Shown one piece after another: positions 53,150 through 61,161 of a stretch of DNA of 64,000 bases. Within the stretch, counting starts at the first letter, position 1. Every line of letters starts with the position of its first letter. The notes under the pieces were generated by a model that saw only the letters and a list, made by a program, of their open reading frames with translations, ran no database searches and was not told where the DNA came from. A program made the position numbers and the translations under genes. The stretch spans positions 26,614-90,613 of the forward strand of contig JAHYYP010000001.1 of assembly GCA_019424905.1 (NCBI GenBank), given 5' to 3'. Source of the DNA: Collinsella sp. (GTDB lineage: Bacteria > Actinomycetota > Coriobacteriia > Coriobacteriales > Coriobacteriaceae).

Positions 53150-53896
53150 ATGCTCGAAGGATTGTTTGACGCCGACCGCTGGTCGACGACATTTCAAAAC
53201 ATGGGGCCCTTCTGGGAGGGCTTTGGCGTGACGCTGCAGGTGGTCGTTGCCGGCCTGCTGCTATCGCTGGTGCTGGGCACGCTGCTGGGCGTGTTCTCTA
53301 CCACCCGTTCGCGCGTGCTGCGCGCCATAAGCCGTGTGTATGTGGAGTTTTACCAGAACACCCCGTTGCCCGTGCAGGTGCTCTTTATGTACATGGCTGG
53401 TCCGCAGTTTTTGCAGGCCATAACCGGTGCCGACCAGCCGGTGCGCATCGCGCCGTTCGTGCTGGGCTTCTTGGGTGTGGGCCTGTATCACGCGGCCTAC
53501 ATTTCGGAGGTCATCCGCACTGGTATCGAGGCGGTTCCGCGCGGTCAGATGGAGGCGGCCCAGAGCCAGGGCTTCACCCGTGCGCAGGCGTACTGGTACA
53601 TCGTGCTGCCCCAGACATTCAAGATTATTCTGCCGCCGCTGTGTAACCAGGCGCTCAACCTGGTCAAGAACACGTCGGTGCTGGCGCTTGTGGCCGGCGG
53701 CGACCTTATGTACCGTTCCGACAACTTTGTGAGTCTGTACGGTTACCTGCAGGGATACATCGTCTGCTGCCTTATGTACTTCATCATCTGCTTTCCGCTC
53801 GCCATGCTGGTGCAGTGGCTCGAGCGCCGCTCCAAGGAGCGTCCGCGCGGCGTGAGCCTGGCCGAGCTGGGACTCGACAACGTAGAGGAGGCCTAG
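53150..53896 (+). CDS. Amino acid ABC transporter permease
   Basis: YVEF.QNTPL, SEVIR.GI.AVPRGQ.EAA, LVKNTS. Confidence 0.93.
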   Translation: MLEGLFDADRWSTTFQNMGPFWEGFGVTLQVVVAGLLLSLVLGTLLGVFSTTRSRVLRAISRVYVEFYQNTPLPVQVLFMYMAGPQFLQAITGADQPVRIAPFVLGFLGVGLYHAAYISEVIRTGIEAVPRGQMEAAQSQGFTRAQAYWYIVLPQTFKIILPPLCNQALNLVKNTSVLALVAGGDLMYRSDNFVSLYGYLQGYIVCCLMYFIICFPLAMLVQWLERRSKERPRGVSLAELGLDNVEEA

Positions 53897-53899
53897 CGC

Positions 53900-54538
53900 A
53901 TGGAAATCTTCAACGCGACCAACCTGCTCTACATTTGGGGCGGCTTTGTTAAGACGATCGAGATCTCGGCGCTGTCGATCTTTTTCTCGCTCATCTTTGG
54001 CACGGTGCTGGCGCTCGTTAAAAGCTATGCGCCCCGCCCGTTCCGTATTTTGGTGAGCGCCTATATCGAGCTGTTCCGCTGTACGCCAAACCTGCTGTGG
54101 ATTCTGTTTATCTACTTTACGGTGCAGGGTTTGGACATTGTGATTTCGACCATCGCCTTTACGCTGTTTACCAGCGCTGTTATGGCCGAGATTGTGCGTG
54201 GCGGCCTCAACTCGATTCCGCGCGGCCAGTTTGAGGCGGCGCAGAGCCAGGGCTTCGGCTTCTTTGCCACCATGCGCTATATCATTCTGCCGCAGACGTT
54301 TAAGACGATCATTCCGGCGCTGTTTAGCCAGTGCACGACCGTCATTAAGGACAGCTCGTATCTTTCGGGCATTAACGTGGCCGAGCTCATGTACACGGCA
54401 AACGTTGTGATGGCTCACGCGATCGACCTGTCGCAGGTGCTTATGCTCTACGGCCTGGTGTTTGCGATGTACTTTGTGCTCAACTTTGGTATCTCGTTGC
54501 TGGTCCGAGCATATCAACGCCGTATTGTGGCAGCGTAG
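53900..54538 (+). CDS. Amino acid ABC transporter permease
   Basis: YIELFR.TP, AEIVRGGLNSIPRGQFEAA, IKDSS. Confidence 0.93.
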   Translation: MEIFNATNLLYIWGGFVKTIEISALSIFFSLIFGTVLALVKSYAPRPFRILVSAYIELFRCTPNLLWILFIYFTVQGLDIVISTIAFTLFTSAVMAEIVRGGLNSIPRGQFEAAQSQGFGFFATMRYIILPQTFKTIIPALFSQCTTVIKDSSYLSGINVAELMYTANVVMAHAIDLSQVLMLYGLVFAMYFVLNFGISLLVRAYQRRIVAA

Positions 54539-54644
54539 TCCTGCTTCCCCAAGCACGGCATCTTGCCCCTCAATCGTCGCTTGCGTACATTTAGTACGCG
54601 GCGCTCCTCTTTCGGGGCAATCTGCCGCACTTGGGAAACCAGGA
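54539..54644. repeat. Structured intergenic repeat, family A copy 2
   Basis: Homologous to 10976-11095 with compensatory stem changes. Confidence 0.8.
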
Positions 54645-54709
54645 CGGTCGTAAGTGACAAAATGAGAATCAGGAATCGCCTATTTCTCATTTGTTAGAAA
54701 GGAATCGCG

Positions 54710-55333
54710 ATGAGCGATCTGGAGAACAAAAAGAGCCCCGTGGTCATTACCATCGCGCGCGACTTTGGTGCCGAGGGCCACGAGATCGGACGCATCCTCG
54801 CCAACGAGTTGGGGATTCCGCTGTACGATAACGAGCTGCTGGTGCGTGCTTCGCTGCGCGCGGGCGAGTCGCTCGACAAGATGGCCGCTTACGACGAGCG
54901 CCTGGCCGTGGAGAACATGGCTTTTCTGCCCGACCGTTACGATGCGCGTTCGTACTCGGACAAGTTGTTCCAAAAGATGAGCCAGGTGATTTTGGATCTG
55001 GGTGAGACCGAGAGCTGCATTATCGAAGGCCGCCTGTCCGATTACCTGCTGCGTAACAACCCCAACCACATTGCCGTATTGGTGACCGCTCCCTTTGAGG
55101 ACCGCGTCGAGATCGTGCGCAAAAAGCGCGGCCTCAACAAAAAGAAGGGCGCCAAGCTAGTTAAACAGCAGCAGAAGGCGCGCGAGGCATTCTACAAGCG
55201 CTACAGCGCCGGCAAGTGGAAGATGACGAGCGGCAAGGACATCGTCGTCAACCGCGCCAAGCTGGGCCGCGAGGGTTGTAAAGACGTCATCGCCGCCGCC
55301 TACCGCTACAAAGTGGCGCAGCTCGAAGGCTAA
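54710..55333 (+). CDS. Cytidylate kinase-like family protein
   Basis: VITIARDFGAEGHEIG..LA..LGIPLYD, CIIEGR.SDY.L. Confidence 0.85.
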   Translation: MSDLENKKSPVVITIARDFGAEGHEIGRILANELGIPLYDNELLVRASLRAGESLDKMAAYDERLAVENMAFLPDRYDARSYSDKLFQKMSQVILDLGETESCIIEGRLSDYLLRNNPNHIAVLVTAPFEDRVEIVRKKRGLNKKKGAKLVKQQQKAREAFYKRYSAGKWKMTSGKDIVVNRAKLGREGCKDVIAAAYRYKVAQLEG

Positions 55334-55342
55334 TCGATCAAA

Positions 55343-55391
55343 AACCACCACAAAGGGGACAGGCACCTTTGTGGTGGTTTTTGTTTTAGGC
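55343..55391 (+). repeat. GGGGAC-core REP-like hairpin / left duplicated flank
   Basis: AACCACCACAAAGGGGACAGGCACCTTTGTGGTGGTT; 55366-55391 is identical to 56785-56810. Confidence 0.85.
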
Positions 55392-55425
55392 GGAGAAAGT
55401 CAACTGGTTCTGCGGGGGCCGATCA

Positions 55426-55478
55426 CTCAAAGAACTCAAAGATGCTCAAAAAACTCAAAGATGCTCAAAATACTTAAA
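55426..55478 (+). repeat. Phased CTCAAA direct-repeat array (6 units)
   Basis: Units start at 55426, 55435, 55445, 55454, 55464 and 55473 (last is CTTAAA). Confidence 0.85.
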
Positions 55479-55523
55479 GATTGTAGGGGCATAATTAAGT
55501 TGTATGAGTTCAAGGGAGGCTTT

Positions 55524-56639
55524 ATGGCGGCACCGACGGCGTACAGGCAGGCAAATCCATTCACGCCGATGTTCGGACGTGTACCGGCGTATATGGCCGG
55601 CCGTGAGCAAATCATCGATGATATGGTGCTGGCGTTTGAAAATGACGACTCCGATCCCAATCTTTGCTCGGTTTTCTATGGTGCACGTGGTACAGGTAAA
55701 ACGGCGCTTTTGGCATATCTGTCGTACCGCGCCCAGCAAGAGGGCTGGATTACAGCGAATGTGACGGCCTCGGAGGGGATGCTCGAAGACATTTTGCAGC
55801 GCCTCAACGAATCAGCCGCCCATCTGATCGAAAAGCCCGCTTCTAGGCGTGTGAACAGTGTCGGCATTGCCCACGTAGGAAGCATGAGCTGGGAAAACAT
55901 CGATGTTGAATTTGAGGGCGCTAACTGGCGTACTAAGATGAACGCTTTGTTTGCTCAGCTTGAAGCGACTGACACCGGGGTGCTTATCGCCGTTGACGAA
56001 GTGGATGTATCGTTTGCGCAAATGACGGAGCTTGTTACTACCTACCAGCACTTTGTAAGCGAGAATAAAAAGGTAGCTTTGCTTATGGCGGGGCTGCCGT
56101 TTCGCGTGCTGGCGCTGCTGACGGGGAAATCGACATCGTTTCTTCGTCGCGCGGCTCAACATTCGCTGGGATCAATTTCACCGACTGAGGTAAAAGAAGC
56201 GTTTCGACTAACGATTGAGGACGGCGGCAAGACGATTTCTGATGAGGCGATTGACCTCGCTGCCAAGGCGATCGATGGCTTTCCATTTATGTTCCAGTTG
56301 GTGGGGTATCGGGCATGGAATGCTTCGCGCCAAGCCTCCGAGGTTTCTATTGAGGATGTCGAACGAGGCGCGAAACTTGCGCAAGAGGAGCTGGAATCGC
56401 GAGTTTTCGCTTCAACAGCGGCGGAACTTTCACGAGGGGACCTTGAATTTCTTCGTGCAATGAATCCGGTTGGGACGACGACCAGGCAAGAGCTGGCAGC
56501 GAGGCTTAAGAAGAGTTCCGGTTCGATTTCAACGTATAAAAAGCGTCTGGTAGAGGCTGGGGTAATTGAAGAGCCTCTACAAGGACGTTTTGAGTTTGCA
56601 TTGCCAGGCTTTGGCCGATATGTCGCATCGCTTTACTAG
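55524..56639 (+). CDS. AAA/STAND-like ATPase with C-terminal winged HTH
   Basis: NPF.P.FG..P...AGR, Walker A GARGTGKT, Walker B IAVDE, G.PF..QL, C-terminal YKKRL..AG.I; GGGAGG RBS; more AT-rich than its neighbours. Confidence 0.88.
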   Translation: MAAPTAYRQANPFTPMFGRVPAYMAGREQIIDDMVLAFENDDSDPNLCSVFYGARGTGKTALLAYLSYRAQQEGWITANVTASEGMLEDILQRLNESAAHLIEKPASRRVNSVGIAHVGSMSWENIDVEFEGANWRTKMNALFAQLEATDTGVLIAVDEVDVSFAQMTELVTTYQHFVSENKKVALLMAGLPFRVLALLTGKSTSFLRRAAQHSLGSISPTEVKEAFRLTIEDGGKTISDEAIDLAAKAIDGFPFMFQLVGYRAWNASRQASEVSIEDVERGAKLAQEELESRVFASTAAELSRGDLEFLRAMNPVGTTTRQELAARLKKSSGSISTYKKRLVEAGVIEEPLQGRFEFALPGFGRYVASLY

Positions 56640-56680
56640 AGGGTCGTTGCTGCGAAGGATCGCTTCGTGTCCCTTTACTG

Positions 56681-56735
56681 TCTCGATCTGTAACAATAAG
56701 CCTGCTTTTAGGGGCCTATCTGTTACAGACTGAGA
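56681..56735. repeat. TCTCGATCTGTAACA-N25-inverted repeat, copy 1
   Basis: 15-bp arms with a 25-nt spacer; further copies at 60863 and 60944. Confidence 0.85.
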
Positions 56736-56767
56736 CAAACTGGCAGAGTGGCCTTCTGCTCCGCTCA

Positions 56768-56810
56768 AACCACCGCAAAGGGGGCCTTTGTGGTGGTTTT
56801 TGTTTTAGGC
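56768..56810 (+). repeat. REP-like hairpin (core deleted) / right duplicated flank
   Basis: AAACCACCGCAAAGGGGGCCTTTGTGGTGGTTTTTGTTTTAGGC. Confidence 0.8.
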
Positions 56811-58207
56811 AGAGGGGAAGGCTTTGGCGAGACCGGCGCGCGTCTGCGTGTCGGTCTTTTGGTAGATAGAGCTCAGGTGGCGCTGTACCATGCGCATCGA
56901 GATGCCGAGTTCCTCGGCGACCTGCTTGAGCGGGCGTTCATCCTGGGTCACGGCTATGAGCACGTCGACTTCGCGCGGGGTGAGAGCGTGGTCGGCGATG
57001 AAGGCCTGGCGTTGCTCTTCGATGGTGGGGGCGGTGAGTGCTTCTTTTGCCAGTTGCTCGCGCTCGCGCTCCTGCTCGGTTTGGGGCAGGCGAAACAGGC
57101 CGGCTGCCACGAATGCCGCGCAGGCGGCGACGAGCAAAACGAGCGCGCCGATCATAATGAGGGCAACGTTGTCCGAGGTTACGAGCGCCAGCGAGAGGCC
57201 CGATGTAGTGAATGCGCATACATTGTTGGCGGCGCGTCCCATGCCGGCCCAGAGGGCGGGCGCATGCATGCGCGGTGCCAGCTGTGTAAAGGTGGCGGTA
57301 AAGAACGTGACAAAAAAGCCCGAACTCAGATAAAAGACGACAAGGCCCAGGTTGGGATCGGCGCCGGCCTCCACGGCCAGGATGGAAATGGTCGAGAGCA
57401 CGGCGATGCCGAGCATGACAAGTCCCATGTAGCGGCGCTCGGCAAGGTCAAAGATAAGACCGGCGGCAAGGCCGCTTGCCGCCAAAAAAGGCGCGGCCAG
57501 GTTTGCACGGCAATGGTGCCGTGGGCGTTGGAGAGTGTGACCACGTTGTCGAGGGTCGAGAACAAGCAGGCAAGAATCATGACGAGCGCGATGCTCCAGC
57601 ATGACTGTTTGGCGAGGGCATGAGAGGGCTCAATAAAGGGATTGATGGCGGAGTTGGAGCTCTCGGCGGCCTTTTGGGGAACGACGCTGAGGGCGGAGAT
57701 GGCGATAGTCGCTGCGCCAAGGACGATGAGCTCGACGATGCCACCGCAATTGAGCAGGTTGACGGCGAACTGCATCAGGATGCCCGCGGCATAGGCCGCT
57801 CCCGCACCGGTGGCGAGCTTGGGATCATCTTGGAATGCCAACGAAAAGGCGTGGTGCGCTGCGGCGCCTAACAGGCCGAGTCCGAGGAATGCGAGGCAGC
57901 CCAGAATCTCGAGGGCAAGCGGGGCCGTGGGGGACTGGATCTGAATCAGCCCCAAGATGGCGATAGGGACGGCGGCACTGACAACTGCCTGAGGCTGGCC
58001 TTTGCGCTGCGCATGATCAAGCAACGGAGCGTATCCGATAAAGCCGATCACGCTGGCGCCAAGGATAAGGCCCTGTGCGAGCACAACGCGCTCGGCGCCG
58101 GCGAGTAGCCCGATATTGATATCGAAGCGAAACTCGGCGGCAAGGAAGACGAAGGTAAAGAGCGCGAGTGCCAAAAGCGCGTTAATTTTAGGCTTGCTCA
58201 GGTTCAA
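56805..58207 (-). pseudogene. Multi-TM LuxR-family regulator, frameshifted at a homopolymer
   Basis: N-terminal TM ORF (to ...QTWPRLF) and C-terminal ORF (LAASGL...LTPREVDVL...KQVAEELGIS...V..HL..IY.K) join if A6 at 57484-57489 were A7. Confidence 0.85.
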
Positions 58208-58312
58208 GGACAGTCCTTTGGGTGGACGAATGATCGTGTCCTCGATTGTAGCGTTCCCGGGACGAGTGTGGCGATGGTGAAATCATATTGAATTAAACCG
58301 CAGGTAGAGGCC

Positions 58313-58334
58313 TAGGTTCACATCTACGAACCTA
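58313..58334. promoter_or_regulatory. Palindromic operator TAGGTTC-N8-GAACCTA, copy 1
   Basis: Identical half-sites and spacing at 61074-61095. Confidence 0.7.
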
Positions 58335-58370
58335 GGCATACGGAGTCATTTGACACATCTTGGTGGTACA

Positions 58371-58411
58371 GGACCACCACAAAGGGGACAGGCACCTTTG
58401 TGGTGGTGTCC
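58371..58411 (+). repeat. GGGGAC-core REP-like hairpin
   Basis: GGACCACCACAAAGGGGACAGGCACCTTTGTGGTGGTGTCC. Confidence 0.85.
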
Positions 58412-58431
58412 CTACGACCAAGGAGGGCGTT

Positions 58432-60825
58432 ATGTGCGGAAGCCACTTTGATAAGCAAACTCAGCGTGAGCGCACCTGCTCGCTGGTTCACGGTACCCGG
58501 TGTTGTGTGGGTGCCAAAATAGCTTGCGCCGGCGCGTGTGCGCTTATGGTCGGCCAGCTGCTGCTGCCGAGCGTGGCGCTGGCGACGGAATGCGCCGATC
58601 CCGCCGCTGGGACGGATGAAGTTGCCGCGGCTCCGGTGACGCCGACGGTTGCGGAGGATACGGCCGCAACGACCGCACCAGCCGCTTCGACCGTGCCTGC
58701 AGCCGATGCTGCTCCGGCGGCGCAAGCCACCGCTGAGCCTCAGCAGACGGCCCCGACTGGCGCCACCGATGAATCCAACGATGCGGCACCCGCTGAACAA
58801 AATACTCCCAGCGACAACGCCGCCACGCCGGCGAATGACGCCATCATGCCCTGCGGTGTGACCGATGTTGTTGGCGGCAGCGGCGTTAGGGTCAATATTA
58901 CGGTGCGGAACAATTACACCGACATCAAGAAAGAAGAAACGATTGAGTATGTGAAGGGGATTGCCCTTGTAGATGGAGACCAGTCTGCTCTCGATGGTAG
59001 CGCTTTGACTTTTATCGGCCTGGGGGACTTGATCGTCCATGCGGCGTATGACAGTGCGAGCAATAAAACAACGCTTACCCTGGATATCAGCAAGATTCAG
59101 AGACAGAAGGAGGAGCAGAAGTACTTTACGGAGTACAAGGAGAATAAGTCCAAGATGACGACCACCTATGATGGATCCAAGCTTACGTATACGGGTACAG
59201 AGCCCGGGAATATCATCATCGGTGATCCGGACGACGCCTTTAAAGGAGATACCGAGGCGACCGGGAAACCCACTATTAACGAGATCCGGGATGACTACTA
59301 CACCCGCACCCATGTCTACGAGAGGGCGTGCCTTGTTATCCCGGCAGCGGAATCAGAATCGGAATCCATCTCCTTTGCCAATGTTCAGAATACGAACTTC
59401 AATTGGCAGCTGGATACTGGTCCGCAGGCGACGGCAGGTGTCCCTAACTACGATGCAGATAAATACGAAATCGCTTATGAATGCTGGCAGGAATTTGAAA
59501 ACAACGAACCCGTTGCTGCCTGGTATTCCGATAACGGCTCACATGGTTCCCTGCCGACTATTACAAAGTTTAAAAGCGGGAAAGAGTACGTGTATTCTCT
59601 TATGCTGAAGCCAAAAGACGGATATTCCTTCAGCGATGAAACCGTTGTTACCGTAAACGGGGAAACCGTAAAGTCGAGTCTAAGCGGAGAATTCCTGTAT
59701 GTCCCTGCTATTAAAACAATTACGATGCCTGCTTCGTCGGAAAACGAAGCTCTTGAGAATCTAAACGTCAACGATGTGAAAACCGACTATGCGCCCGGCG
59801 AGGCGCCGCGTGCGACCGCGACGATTCCTGCCGCCGATGCCGATAAGTATGAGATCGCCTATGAGTGCTGGGAAGAGATGGATGGCAGCGACCCTGCGGA
59901 GCTCAAGCCCGTTGCCTTCTGGTATTCCGATCCCGCAATGTACACGCCGGGCATGAAGAAGATCGACCACTTCGAAGAGGGCAAGTTCTACATGTATTCC
60001 GTTGAGCTGAGGCTCAAGGGCGACAATACCGTGGCTGATGACTGCGAAATGAACGTCAACGGTCATTGGGCGCACCACATCAAGACCGCCAACGGCGTCT
60101 TCGCGCCACACACTGACAATATGCTGTGCGAGCAGCCGATTGATGAATGGCGGGCAATCGACGTTATCGAGATCAACGGCGCCACGACTATCTTTAAGGC
60201 GGGCGACAAGCCGGTCTTTACGGCGAATGTTCCGACGGCCTCCAACTCCCTTCCTCAGTGTGAGTTCTGGACGGGCAGCGATGGCAGCGAAGTGAACTCT
60301 CAGAAGTTCTGGGATCAGAACATTACGAATCACATCGACGCCTTTAAGCCTGGCGTGACCTATCGCTACGGCATCTACCTCAAGTCCGCGCGCGGCTTCT
60401 ACTTCACGCCCGACACCAAGCTGATGATCAACGGCCAGGAGTGCGGCTACCAGGTCGCGGATAGCGTATCCGATGAGGACAGCGGCTGGATCTACACCCT
60501 GTGGCTCAACACCGATCTGACCTTTACGCCTGAAGCCACGCCGACTCCCGATCCGCAACCTACGCCGGATCCCAAGCCGACACCGCAGCCTGAGGTTAAG
60601 CCCGAGACCAAGCCCGAAGTGAAGCCCGAGACCAAACCCGCGGCCAAGCCGGCTACGACCACCACGGTGAGCAAGACGGTTGAGAAAGCCACGCCGGCCA
60701 AAAAGTCCGCCGCCGTCCTGGCCGCCACGGGCGACACCACCGCGATGACGGTCACCGCCCTGGGCATCGCCGGCGCAACCGTTGCCGCCGCAGGCATCGC
60801 CGCGACCAAGCGCCGCAAGCGCTAG
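58432..60825 (+). CDS. Sortase-anchored surface protein with three repeated modules
   Basis: Signal peptide; Ala/Thr/Pro linker; repeats KYEIAYECW...WYSD...F..GK.Y.YS..L; P/K/E linker; LAATG + TM + KRRKR; AAGGAGG RBS. Confidence 0.88.
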   Translation: MCGSHFDKQTQRERTCSLVHGTRCCVGAKIACAGACALMVGQLLLPSVALATECADPAAGTDEVAAAPVTPTVAEDTAATTAPAASTVPAADAAPAAQATAEPQQTAPTGATDESNDAAPAEQNTPSDNAATPANDAIMPCGVTDVVGGSGVRVNITVRNNYTDIKKEETIEYVKGIALVDGDQSALDGSALTFIGLGDLIVHAAYDSASNKTTLTLDISKIQRQKEEQKYFTEYKENKSKMTTTYDGSKLTYTGTEPGNIIIGDPDDAFKGDTEATGKPTINEIRDDYYTRTHVYERACLVIPAAESESESISFANVQNTNFNWQLDTGPQATAGVPNYDADKYEIAYECWQEFENNEPVAAWYSDNGSHGSLPTITKFKSGKEYVYSLMLKPKDGYSFSDETVVTVNGETVKSSLSGEFLYVPAIKTITMPASSENEALENLNVNDVKTDYAPGEAPRATATIPAADADKYEIAYECWEEMDGSDPAELKPVAFWYSDPAMYTPGMKKIDHFEEGKFYMYSVELRLKGDNTVADDCEMNVNGHWAHHIKTANGVFAPHTDNMLCEQPIDEWRAIDVIEINGATTIFKAGDKPVFTANVPTASNSLPQCEFWTGSDGSEVNSQKFWDQNITNHIDAFKPGVTYRYGIYLKSARGFYFTPDTKLMINGQECGYQVADSVSDEDSGWIYTLWLNTDLTFTPEATPTPDPQPTPDPKPTPQPEVKPETKPEVKPETKPAAKPATTTTVSKTVEKATPAKKSAAVLAATGDTTAMTVTALGIAGATVAAAGIAATKRRKR

Positions 60826-60862
60826 GTTTTGGTGACGGCGCCTATCCTCGGCTTCAGCAAAA

Positions 60863-60998
60863 TCTCGATCTGTAACACCAAACTGCCCAAAACGGCTCTA
60901 GATGTTACAGATTGAGATGAACCGAATGGCCGCCAATCTAATGTCTCGATCTGTAACACCAAGCGGGGAATTTGACCTCTAGCTGTTACAGATCGAGA
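60863..60998. repeat. Two tandem TCTCGATCTGTAACA-N25-inverted repeats
   Basis: Arms 60863-60877 / 60903-60917 and 60944-60958 / 60984-60998. Confidence 0.85.
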
Positions 60999-61020
60999 CA
61001 AACCGACCGGCCGAGTCCAG

Positions 61021-61058
61021 AACCACCGTAAAGGTGCCTGTCCCCTTTGTGGTGGTTT
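61021..61058 (-). repeat. GGGGAC-core REP-like hairpin
   Basis: AACCACCGTAAAGGTGCCTGTCCCCTTTGTGGTGGTT. Confidence 0.85.
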
Positions 61059-61073
61059 GCGCAGGTAGAACGG

Positions 61074-61095
61074 TAGGTTCGTATATATGAACCTA
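61074..61095. promoter_or_regulatory. Palindromic operator TAGGTTC-N8-GAACCTA, copy 2
   Basis: Within the perfect GAACGGTAGGTTC-N8-GAACCTACCGTTC repeat. Confidence 0.7.
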
Positions 61096-61161
61096 CCGTT
61101 CGCTTTGTTTTTGGACAACGATTACGCTGGATGACTTTTGGTTTGCAGGAAAGGAACGACC

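Noticed and set aside
58316..58331. LexA/SOS box reading of GTTC-N8-GAAC
   Set aside because: The Gram-positive SOS box is GAAC-N4-GTTC; orientation and spacing differ
60535..60650. Tandem DNA repeats in the surface protein gene
   Set aside because: They encode an ordinary PTPDP/KPETKPEV cell-wall spacer
60863..60998. CRISPR-like repeat/spacer appearance
   Set aside because: Repeats are 15 bp, alternate in orientation, are few, and no cas genes are present
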